Part shown: in pieces, positions 27,158-35,692 of the stretch | Layout: every line of letters starts with the position of its first letter | How positions within the stretch are numbered: position 1 is the stretch's first letter | From: Lysobacterales bacterium | GTDB lineage: Bacteria; Pseudomonadota; Gammaproteobacteria; Xanthomonadales; SZUA-5 | Assembly: GCA_022844165.1 (NCBI GenBank) | Contig: JALHMH010000033.1 | Location: 11,865 to 51,156, forward strand | Direction: 5' to 3' | Length of the DNA stretch: 39,292 nucleotides | The notes under the pieces: generated by a model | The model's input: only the letters and a program-made list of their open reading frames with translations | Databases searched by the model: none | What the model was told of the DNA's origin: nothing | Translations under genes and position numbers: made by a program

Positions 27158-28222
27158 ATGACGGCCTCGCCGCGCTATCTGTGGATCGACAACCCAGCTG
27201 CAGCCGGCGACTTGGTTGCCGCTTTGCCGAATCAGGCCATCGCGCTTGACACCGAGTTCATGCGCACGCAGACCTACTTTGCCGATCTTGCCCTGATCCA
27301 ATTGCGCTGCGGTGAAATTCTGGCGCTCGTCGATCCCACAGTGCCTGGTGTTCTCGACGAACTTCGGCCGATGATGGCCCACCCAGGCGACAAGATTTTG
27401 CACAGCGCCAGCGAGGACGTTGAAGTGTTGTTGCGAGCACTTGGGACGGCCCCGACGCCACTGTTCGACACCCAGGTTGCTGCGACACTTTGCGGTGCCG
27501 CCTTCCCGCCCAGTTACCAGAAGTTGGTGTCCAGCGAGCTGGGTTTAGAACTCGCCAAAGGCGCAACGCGCAGCGACTGGTTGCAGCGGCCGCTGACTGC
27601 AGATCAGTGCGAATATGCTGCCGACGATGTGCGCTATCTGCCGGCACTGTACGCGCGCCTGCACCAACGCCTCAGCGACCTGGATCGATTGGCGTGGCTT
27701 TTCGAAGAAGGTGAGCGCGTGGCACTCAAGGCGAGCGAAGAAGATCGCAATCCGCATTTGAAAGTGCGCTCAGCAGAACGACTGCCCGCACCGCAACAGC
27801 GGCGACTGTGGCGGCTGCTCACCTGGCGCGAACAACAAGCCCGCTCCCGAAACCGACCGCGCACCTGGATTTTGGACAACGCAATCGCTCAGCGCGTCGC
27901 AACACTGGACAAACCGACGCCCGCTGCGTTGGCGGCAGCCTGTACCATCGAAGGCCGGGCGCAACCGCGACTGGCGGAGAAGCTTGAGCCGTTGTTGGCT
28001 GCCCCGGCGAGCGACGCAGAGCTGGCCATCCCGATTTTGTGCGTCCTGAGCGACGCGGAAAAGGCGCGCGCCGCTGAATTGCGTAAGCACATCGAGTCGC
28101 GATCTGCGGCGCTCGCGATGAGCGCCGATTTTCTTCTGCCACGTCGTGGTGTCGAGTACTGGGCCCGACATGGCGAACTGCCGGCGGAATTCCGCGGATG
28201 GCGCGAAACCGCGCTCTGTTGA
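27158..28222 (+). CDS. rnd: Ribonuclease D
   Basis: IALDTEFMR, LALIQ, HSASED, LFDTQVAA, SDWLQRPL, YAADDV, an HRDC region and GWR. Confidence 0.93.
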   Translation: MTASPRYLWIDNPAAAGDLVAALPNQAIALDTEFMRTQTYFADLALIQLRCGEILALVDPTVPGVLDELRPMMAHPGDKILHSASEDVEVLLRALGTAPTPLFDTQVAATLCGAAFPPSYQKLVSSELGLELAKGATRSDWLQRPLTADQCEYAADDVRYLPALYARLHQRLSDLDRLAWLFEEGERVALKASEEDRNPHLKVRSAERLPAPQQRRLWRLLTWREQQARSRNRPRTWILDNAIAQRVATLDKPTPAALAAACTIEGRAQPRLAEKLEPLLAAPASDAELAIPILCVLSDAEKARAAELRKHIESRSAALAMSADFLLPRRGVEYWARHGELPAEFRGWRETALC

Positions 28223-28228
28223 TCGCAC

Positions 28229-30439
28229 TCAAAAGCGGCGACGCACTTTGACGAGAAATTGATCGGCATCGCGCAGCGACAGCGCGTCGCTCAGCAGGTC
28301 ATCAAAGTCTTCGCGACGATCGTTCTCGACGAAGCCGCCGCGTCCATAGACGACGAAAACTTCCGACTGCGCCGCAAACTCGTAGCGGTAGCGCAACTGC
28401 AGACCGAAGTTATTGACGCTGAAGTCTTCGATAGGATCGGCGCTCGCTGTTGCGGCGCCAAAGCGGTTGACGCGCACTGCACGCGCATTGTCTGCGGCGA
28501 TCGCGAGCCACTGCAGTTTGACACGCAGCTCGTGTTTGGACCGGGGAAACCAGTTGATATTCAAACCGCTGTCGACCGCCTGGCGTTCGAATCGCCCCAA
28601 TAAGTTGTCTTGTTGCCAAACCAACCAGTCGGAACTATCGGTGGCATACAAGTAACCATCCAAAGACAACTGCTGACTGGCAGTGTACGTCACCTCGCCG
28701 CCAACATCTAAGGCTCGGCCACCCAGGCCTTCTTCGTAGGGCCGCACACTCAGCTCGAACTGCCAGCGTTCCAGGCGCGGCGACTCGTATTCGAGGTAGT
28801 ACGACTGACGGAACGGAATGGCGACGTTGCCATTGCCGCGCGTAATCAGGTCGTTGACACCACTGGTTTCCAAAAAGGCGTTCAACAATATCGTTGCGCC
28901 GCTCTTGTATTGCCACGTTCGATCGAGGATAAGCGCCCCCGGCAGGCGCTCGCCACGATCGTTGCTGCGCCACTGCCACTCGCCGCGCCAGGAAGCGCCG
29001 CGAAGCAGCGGATGATCCAAGGTCTGCTGGTACTCGGCGGTCCACTCGATCTCATTGAGACTGGCGCGACGCTGGAAGCCCATGTCGTTGAAGTTCAACT
29101 CGCGATCGAAGTGCGTGATCTCCCACTCTTGCCGAAAATATGGCCGGGGCGTGTAGTCGATGCGCGTCCAGATGCCGGCACCACTACTGTCGATGTCGTC
29201 GTCGATATCGGAAGCCAGCACCTGCCCCGTGACTTGCCACCGCTCGTTCGCGCGCCACGTGGCATCGACGGCATGCATCGTCGCCTGGCGGTCGAGGAAT
29301 GGGCGGTCGACCAGCGTACCCAGATAACCCACGCTCAGTTGCTCTCCCGTGCGCAACAGCCGCTGACCGTAAAACAAACTGCCCAGATCATCGGCATAGT
29401 CCGATTCCTGTGCCACCAGCGCGCCGTAATCGAACCCCAGGGCGCTGCCGTTGGCTTTGATCGCCGCGTCGATATCGTTGGCCAGGCCCGAGCCGTCGTC
29501 GCGCGGGCCGCCGATGCGTCTGGTGTAGATCAACAAACCGTTATCCGGCGTACGCAGGTCGAACAGGCCCTGATTCTCGGTAAAAAAAGGACGGCGGTCG
29601 GAGAAAAACGCCTCGATGGCATCGAAGTTCACCACCAGTTCGTCGGCCTCGACTTGACCAAAGTCCGGTGCCAGCGCGGCGGTCAGTTGGAAGTCACCGC
29701 TCGGTTTCCAGTACAGGTCTGCACCGGCATTGAACGTCTGTTGATCGTTCTTCAAATCGATGGCAGCCGTGGCATAGGGGAAAACACGCAACAGCGACTG
29801 CTCGTACTGGTCGATCTCGATGCGCGCAAACTCAGATACGTAACGTGGACGCATGAACGTGGCTGCCGGATACCCGCTGCGCTCGGTTCTCACGCCCAAT
29901 ACGCGATCGAACATCAGAGCCACCGTACGCCTCGGCGTGCCGCTGTTTTTCATCGCCGCTACGGTCCAGGGCAACAGCATCTCGACTGACCAGAAGTCCT
30001 CGCCCTCAAACGCTGCGTGCTGCCAATCGCCGTCCCAGTCGGTGCTGAACTGATTTTCGTTGGTAATCGTTGCGTCTTGAATGGAACCGGCCAGGGACAC
30101 GGTAAAGTTGTAGGCCACTTCACCATCGGCGTTAAAATCGATGAAGAGGTTCACCCGATCGCCCGGCATATCCGCATCCCGGGCAGTCAGCTCTCTCTGC
30201 CGAGGCACATCCGGCGGCTGCACATTGTGGAAACCGACGGCGATGCCCTCCGGCAGCGCCAGGAGGCGAACGGTTGTCGGATAGGTTGGCTCGGCACGCG
30301 TGAAGGGTTCGACGACAACGAAGTCCTCAAATACCTGAGCACTTTGCCACTGGCTCTCATCGAGCCGGCCGTCGATGGTCAGGCCCGCAGCCACCAGTGG
30401 CGGAGGAGTCAACAATAACAGGATCCAGAAAAATCGCAT
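28229..30439 (-). CDS. Exported/outer-membrane protein, DUF5916-like (CBM9-like N-domain plus beta-rich C-domain)
   Basis: Signal peptide, IDGRLDE..W, PDFGQVEAD, DRRPFFTE, YTRRIG, C-terminal Phe. Confidence 0.8.
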   Translation of the reverse strand: MRFFWILLLLTPPPLVAAGLTIDGRLDESQWQSAQVFEDFVVVEPFTRAEPTYPTTVRLLALPEGIAVGFHNVQPPDVPRQRELTARDADMPGDRVNLFIDFNADGEVAYNFTVSLAGSIQDATITNENQFSTDWDGDWQHAAFEGEDFWSVEMLLPWTVAAMKNSGTPRRTVALMFDRVLGVRTERSGYPAATFMRPRYVSEFARIEIDQYEQSLLRVFPYATAAIDLKNDQQTFNAGADLYWKPSGDFQLTAALAPDFGQVEADELVVNFDAIEAFFSDRRPFFTENQGLFDLRTPDNGLLIYTRRIGGPRDDGSGLANDIDAAIKANGSALGFDYGALVAQESDYADDLGSLFYGQRLLRTGEQLSVGYLGTLVDRPFLDRQATMHAVDATWRANERWQVTGQVLASDIDDDIDSSGAGIWTRIDYTPRPYFRQEWEITHFDRELNFNDMGFQRRASLNEIEWTAEYQQTLDHPLLRGASWRGEWQWRSNDRGERLPGALILDRTWQYKSGATILLNAFLETSGVNDLITRGNGNVAIPFRQSYYLEYESPRLERWQFELSVRPYEEGLGGRALDVGGEVTYTASQQLSLDGYLYATDSSDWLVWQQDNLLGRFERQAVDSGLNINWFPRSKHELRVKLQWLAIAADNARAVRVNRFGAATASADPIEDFSVNNFGLQLRYRYEFAAQSEVFVVYGRGGFVENDRREDFDDLLSDALSLRDADQFLVKVRRRF

Positions 30440-30558
30440 GCAACCATCGCGAACAAAACAAGACTGCGAAGTCTAATTGCAGTCAGAGGCTGCACGCAGA
30501 CAAGTTGAGCCGGAACGGTGGCAGCCTGCGCCACGAGGAATTCGCAAAAGGTCGAGCT

Positions 30559-31146
30559 TTACTTCAGATCCGCCGCAAACCGTTTCTTAAACTTGGCTAC
30601 TTTCGGCGCGATCACCAGGCTGCAGTATGGCTGCTCGCCGTTCAACTCGAAGTACTCCTGGTGGTAGTCCTCGGCCCGATAGAACATCGTCAGCGGTTGC
30701 ACTTCAGTGACCAGCGGCTTGCCCCACTCACCGCTGGCTTGCGTTGCGGCGATGGCCTTTTCGATCGACGCTTTCTGATCGGAGTTACTGTAAAAAGCGA
30801 TCGAACGGTACTGTGGTCCAACATCATTGCCCTGGCGGTTGAGCGTGGTCGGATCATGGATGGTAAAAAACACTTCCAGCAGTTTATCGCGAGAGATCAC
30901 CGCAGGATCGAAGGTGACCTCAACGACTTCAGCATGGCCAGTTCGGCCGCCAATGACCTGTTTGTAGCTTGGGTTCTCGACCTCGCCGCCAGCGAAGCCA
31001 GACACCGCCGATTCCACACCTTTGAGCTGATCGTAGACGGCTTCCAAGCACCAGAAGCAACCGCCGCCCAGCACCAATTTTTCTTTGTCAGAAGCCATCG
31101 AAGCACCTAAAGGGAGAGACAACAAGAGAGCTAACAGAACGCGCAT
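30559..31146 (-). CDS. msrA: Peptide-methionine (S)-S-oxide reductase with an N-terminal signal peptide
   Basis: GGGCFWC, TGHAEVV, HDPTTLNRQGNDVGPQYRS, AEDYHQ, PYC. Confidence 0.96.
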   Translation of the reverse strand: MRVLLALLLSLPLGASMASDKEKLVLGGGCFWCLEAVYDQLKGVESAVSGFAGGEVENPSYKQVIGGRTGHAEVVEVTFDPAVISRDKLLEVFFTIHDPTTLNRQGNDVGPQYRSIAFYSNSDQKASIEKAIAATQASGEWGKPLVTEVQPLTMFYRAEDYHQEYFELNGEQPYCSLVIAPKVAKFKKRFAADLK

Positions 31147-31332
31147 GAGCGTACCTCAAACTGGAAAGGGCATCGCGAAAAACTCAGGACTGGGCATTCA
31201 GACTCGCCATGTGCCGTTCGCTTCACACTACAGACCGGCATCGACGTCGAAGCATTTCGCAGTTGCCCTCAATACCAGGTGAAGCGGCGCGGCCGCTATG
31301 CTTGAGAAAAGCCAGAAACCAAGGTGTGACCC

Positions 31333-32604
31333 ATGAAGGTGCTCGTGATTGGAAATGGTGGCCGCGAACATGCGCTCGCCTGGCGCATTCGGCAGTCGCC
31401 CCAGGTGAATGAGGTGCTGGTCGCGCCCGGCAACGCCGGCACCGCATTCGAATCTGGCATGCGCAACGTGCCGGTCAGCGCCACCGATATCGACGGACTA
31501 CTGGCGATGGCCCGGCAGGAGCGTGTCGATCTGACAGTTGTCGGTCCGGAGGCGCCTTTGTCACTTGGCATTGTCGACCGCTTCGCCGCCGCCGGATTGC
31601 GCTGTTTCGGGCCGACGCAGGCCGCTGCGCAGCTCGAAACGTCCAAGGCCTTTACGAAGGCGTTTCTCGAACGCCATGGAATTCCCACGGCCCAGTATCG
31701 GGTGTTTACGGACATCGAGTGTGCCAAGACTTACGTGCATCAACGCGGCGCACCGATCGTGGTCAAGGCTGATGGCCTGGCCGCAGGCAAAGGCGTGGTT
31801 GTGGCCCAAACCATAGCCGAAGCTGACGCAGCAGTCGATGCAATGCTCGGCGGCGATTCGCTCGGCGCCGCCGGCCATCGAGTGGTCATCGAGGACTTTC
31901 TCGTGGGCGAAGAAGCCAGTTACATCGTGATCGCGGACGGCACGAACTACGTCGCACTGGCCACCTCGCAAGACCATAAGCGCCGCGATAACGGCGATCA
32001 AGGTCCGAACACCGGCGGCATGGGCGCTTATTCGCCGGCGCCGGTCGTGACTGCGGACGTCGACGCGCAAGTTCGCACGCAGATTATCGAGCCAACGCTC
32101 GCAGCGATGCGCGCCGAAGGTCATCCCTTTGTCGGATTTTTGTACGCGGGACTGATGATCCACGAAGGCAGTGCGAAGGTACTCGAGTACAACGTGCGCT
32201 GCGGTGATCCGGAAACACAGCCAATCATGATGCGCCTCAAGAGCGATGTGATTGCGCTGTATGAGGCGGCCATTGACGGGCGCCTGGCTGAGGTTCAAGC
32301 CGAATGGGATTCCAACGTCGCTGTGGGCGTGGTGCTGGCAGCCGAAGGGTATCCAGCCAACGTGCGCAAGGGCGATACAATCGACGGTTTATCCGTGACG
32401 CAGTTACCCGACGTGAAGGTCTTTCATGCAGCAACGCGCCTGCGCGATGGTGTCGCGACTACCGATGGTGGTCGCGTGCTCACTGTGTGCGCGCGGGGCG
32501 AATCGCTATCGGCAGCGCGGAAGCTTGCGTACCAACGTTGCGAGTCGATCCGCTGGCCCGGACTCTTTTATCGGCGGGATATTGGTCATCGCGGATTGCG
32601 ATGA
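31333..32604 (+). CDS. purD: Phosphoribosylamine-glycine ligase
   Basis: GNGGREHAL, VVGPEAPL, KADGLAAGKGV, QDHKR, GPNTGGMGAYSP, GDPETQ, GGRVL. Confidence 0.98.
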   Translation: MKVLVIGNGGREHALAWRIRQSPQVNEVLVAPGNAGTAFESGMRNVPVSATDIDGLLAMARQERVDLTVVGPEAPLSLGIVDRFAAAGLRCFGPTQAAAQLETSKAFTKAFLERHGIPTAQYRVFTDIECAKTYVHQRGAPIVVKADGLAAGKGVVVAQTIAEADAAVDAMLGGDSLGAAGHRVVIEDFLVGEEASYIVIADGTNYVALATSQDHKRRDNGDQGPNTGGMGAYSPAPVVTADVDAQVRTQIIEPTLAAMRAEGHPFVGFLYAGLMIHEGSAKVLEYNVRCGDPETQPIMMRLKSDVIALYEAAIDGRLAEVQAEWDSNVAVGVVLAAEGYPANVRKGDTIDGLSVTQLPDVKVFHAATRLRDGVATTDGGRVLTVCARGESLSAARKLAYQRCESIRWPGLFYRRDIGHRGLR

Positions 32605-32628
32605 TGCCGCGAATTTGTGGCCAATAAA

Positions 32629-32949
32629 CTAAAGGTCATCCCCATGTTTCCCCTCGCTCGCGCGAAACGCCCGTGCCAGCAGCATGCCGCTGACGGGCGC
32701 CGTGACGATCAGAAAGACGGTGATCAGTAACTCGCGCACCGGCCACAATCCATCGCGCCAGAGCCCGACGAACATGGCGGCAATCAAGATGCAGCCCACC
32801 CCCAGAGTGGTGGCCTTCGTCGGACCGTGCAGGCGGCGCAAAAAGTCTGGCAGCTTGTACAAGCCCAGGCTCCCTACAAATGCGAACCCACTGCCAGCCA
32901 GCAGCAAAAAAGCAACAATCACGTCCAGCCACATCGGCCATGCGCTCAT
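32629..32949 (-). CDS. mrpG: Na+(K+)/H+ antiporter subunit G
   Basis: LPDFLRRLHGPTKATTLG, TAPVS; operon position. Confidence 0.92.
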   Translation of the reverse strand: MSAWPMWLDVIVAFLLLAGSGFAFVGSLGLYKLPDFLRRLHGPTKATTLGVGCILIAAMFVGLWRDGLWPVRELLITVFLIVTAPVSGMLLARAFRASEGKHGDDL

Positions 32950-33218
32950 TCGATCGGCCCTCCCCGTTCCACACTGCGCGCAAATGCCACTGTTCCAACA
33001 AATCCCAGCAACGCGATGATCAAAGCCGCTTCGAAATACGCGCGTGTGGCAAAGACGATTTCCAGGAGGAACAAACTGGCTACCGTGAGCACATACAGCG
33101 TATCCAGTGCCAGGACTCGATCCAGCGAGTGCGGTCCACGGAGCAAACGTAACACGCTTAACAACACGGCTGCGAGCAGCAATAAGACCACCATCGGCAG
33201 GATCATCGTTGTGATCAT
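32946..33218 (-). CDS. mrpF: Na+(K+)/H+ antiporter subunit F
   Basis: RLLRGP..DRVLALD, ALLGFVGTVAFAR; ATGA overlaps. Confidence 0.92.
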   Translation of the reverse strand: MITTMILPMVVLLLLAAVLLSVLRLLRGPHSLDRVLALDTLYVLTVASLFLLEIVFATRAYFEAALIIALLGFVGTVAFARSVERGGPIE

Positions 33219-33709
33219 CGCCCCCCCTCGAAAATCGCGATCAACGGGTGCTCGTAGCGCTGTTTGATCTCAGCGATGGTGCCCGCCGCATCGGGCGTAT
33301 CCAGGGTATGAACCAGCAACCGGTTTCGCTCGCCATTGAAAGCCACCGACAAGGTGCCGGGCGTCATTGTGATCATGCCGGCCAGCACCGTGCGCACAAA
33401 TTCCGAACGTGCATCGATCGGCAAATGGAACTGCACGGTACGCAGGCGCGCGACCGGCCCCAGAATCAGGCGTGCGACAGTCACATTGGCCAGCACAATG
33501 TCCAGCAGAAAAATGGCCGTCAGGCGCAACAGAGATGGCCAATGCCGAACCTTGGGCCAGTCTGGCAGCAGCGGGAAAGCGAGCGCCGGCAATGCCCAGG
33601 CGAAGATCGCACCGAGCAGAAGATGCGCCGGATGCACGCTGTGGTTGAGCGCCAACCAGGCGATAAAAATCGAAGCGCTAACGCCAGGGTGGGCAAATCC
33701 CCATCTCAT
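33215..33709 (-). CDS. mrpE: Na+(K+)/H+ antiporter subunit E
   Basis: DIVLANVTVA, ITMTPGTLS, LLVHTLD, IKQRYE; ATG 33709 overlaps the mrpD stop codon. Confidence 0.92.
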   Translation of the reverse strand: MRWGFAHPGVSASIFIAWLALNHSVHPAHLLLGAIFAWALPALAFPLLPDWPKVRHWPSLLRLTAIFLLDIVLANVTVARLILGPVARLRTVQFHLPIDARSEFVRTVLAGMITMTPGTLSVAFNGERNRLLVHTLDTPDAAGTIAEIKQRYEHPLIAIFEGGR

Positions 33710-35196
33710 GGTGCGATCTCCGGCCTGGGTTTGATCGGGGCGCTTCTCACCGCTTCGATCGTCGATGCGGGATCGTGCAATTGCGCCGCTACGCGCTGCG
33801 TAAAGCGCTGAACGCCATCGGCATGAATCGATAACATCGCCAGTGCGACCACCAGCAGGAGCGGCATGACCAAATCGACGGGCGAAAAATCGGTCGCCGG
33901 CTCTCCCGCATTTCGGCGCCACACGATTTGGCTATAGGCATGCGCCAGCGCAAGTAACAGCAAGAAGCTCGAGATCAAAACCACGCCCCATACCAATTTC
34001 GTCTGCGCCGTATCAATGGCCGCACTGAGCAAGAGCGCCTTAGCCAGGAAGGTCGGGGACGGTGGTAAAGCAGCCGCGGCAACCATGGCGATGAACAGCA
34101 ACGGCGCGAGAAATTTTGCCAGCGCCATGGCGCCCCCACGATCCAGAAGATCTCCGCCGATGCGCACGCGACGCACCGCGTCGAGCAGCAAAAACAACAG
34201 CGCACCCAGCAACGTCGATGCAATGAGATAGTTAATCGCAGCTGCCGTGCTGTCTTCTGTGCCAAGGGCAAAACCCACGAGCAGCGTACCCGCCGATGCG
34301 ATGGTCCAGAGCGCGGCCAGTCGCGCGAAGCTCGGTGCAACCATGGCGCCGATGGCAGCGAGCGTCAAGGTCAACAGTCCGACTGGAAATACCCAAACCC
34401 ACGCGATATCTGGAAACACCAGCGAAAACACACGCACAATCGCGTATGCGCCCACTTTGGTCATGATCGCAAACAACACAGCACTTGCTGCCGCCGCCGC
34501 CCCGTAGGTGCCGGGCAACCAAAAGAACAACGGCAGTAGCGCTGCCTTGATCGCGAACACCAACATCAGCAACAGCGCGGCGGCTAACGCCAGGGCCTGC
34601 TGCTGCGGCAAAAGCTCAGTCACTTTGACAGCGACGTCCGCCATGTTCAGTGAACCGACGACACCGTACAACAAACCAAGACCCATCAAGAACAACACCG
34701 ATGCCAGCAGGTTGAAGATCACGTACTTCAAACCGGCCTGCAGTCGCTCCGCGGTAGCGCCGTGCAGCAACAAGCCATACGATGCAATCAGCAGAACTTC
34801 GAACCACACAAAGAGATTGAACAGATCGCCGGTCAGAAAAGCGCCATTCAAACCCAACAGTTGGAATTGAAGCAACGCGTGAAAGTGCGGCGCTTCGCGA
34901 TCTGCCCCGCGCGCCGCATAAATGCTGCTGACGACACCCAGAATTGCGGTCAACACCAGCATCAATGCCGACAACCGATCGAGCATCAACACGATCCCGA
35001 CGTGTGCCGGCCAATTGCCGATCAGCGATACCTGTACATTGCCCCGATCGGCGAGAGCCAATATCTCCAGAGCCAACATCAACCCGGCGATGCAAGCCAG
35101 CGCACTGGCAACCCGCTGCACGGAATGGCTGTAGCGTTCCAGTAGCAACAGCAGCGCACCGGCGCCGAGCGGCAATATCAGAGCCCATGCGATCAA
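33706..35196 (-). CDS. mrpD: Na+(K+)/H+ antiporter subunit D
   Basis: GAFLTGDLFNLFVWFEVLLIASY, IKAALLPLFFWLP, MTKVG; TTG start overlaps the mrpC stop codon. Confidence 0.94.
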   Translation of the reverse strand: MIAWALILPLGAGALLLLLERYSHSVQRVASALACIAGLMLALEILALADRGNVQVSLIGNWPAHVGIVLMLDRLSALMLVLTAILGVVSSIYAARGADREAPHFHALLQFQLLGLNGAFLTGDLFNLFVWFEVLLIASYGLLLHGATAERLQAGLKYVIFNLLASVLFLMGLGLLYGVVGSLNMADVAVKVTELLPQQQALALAAALLLMLVFAIKAALLPLFFWLPGTYGAAAAASAVLFAIMTKVGAYAIVRVFSLVFPDIAWVWVFPVGLLTLTLAAIGAMVAPSFARLAALWTIASAGTLLVGFALGTEDSTAAAINYLIASTLLGALLFLLLDAVRRVRIGGDLLDRGGAMALAKFLAPLLFIAMVAAAALPPSPTFLAKALLLSAAIDTAQTKLVWGVVLISSFLLLLALAHAYSQIVWRRNAGEPATDFSPVDLVMPLLLVVALAMLSIHADGVQRFTQRVAAQLHDPASTIEAVRSAPIKPRPEIAP

Positions 35197-35528
35197 GCGT
35201 CACCCCCATCGATCGCATCGCTCCCACGCTGCGCATAGGCTTTGAGTGCCATGGCCACGAGCAGTGCAGTCATCGCAAAACTAATCACGATCGCCGTTAG
35301 TACCAACGCCTGGGGCAGCGGATCGGTGTAGTTGAGCAGACTGAGCGGCCGCGAGTCGATAATCGGCGCGCGGTTGACCAACAGCCGACCCATCACAAAA
35401 ATCAGCACATTCGCCGCATAGGACAACATCGTCAATCCAAGCACCAGATCGAAGGTGCGCCGCTTGAGGCACAGGAAGATACCGGCAGCGGTCAACAGCG
35501 CTATGGTGATGGCAGCGATCAAATGCAT
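35193..35528 (-). CDS. mrpC: Na+(K+)/H+ antiporter subunit C
   Basis: DPLPQALVLTAIVISFA. Confidence 0.95.
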   Translation of the reverse strand: MHLIAAITIALLTAAGIFLCLKRRTFDLVLGLTMLSYAANVLIFVMGRLLVNRAPIIDSRPLSLLNYTDPLPQALVLTAIVISFAMTALLVAMALKAYAQRGSDAIDGGDA

Positions 35529-35692
35529 GGGCGGCTCAAGGTGTTTGGCAAATTCCTGGATGCTCTACCGTCGCTTTCGGTACAAATTCTGCGTTCCTCG
35601 CCGTCACTGTCGAAGCCAACAATGAAGGTCGTCTGAGCCAAAGCCTCGCCCGTTCCTTCCAACTGCATTGAAGGCGATTGGCGAACGGTCAT

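Noticed and set aside
28910-29989. 359-aa ORF antisense to the DUF5916-like gene
   Set aside because: Shadow ORF on the strand opposite a well-supported gene.
31147-31332. ZTP or purine riboswitch upstream of purD
   Set aside because: I could not find the conserved ZTP riboswitch elements.
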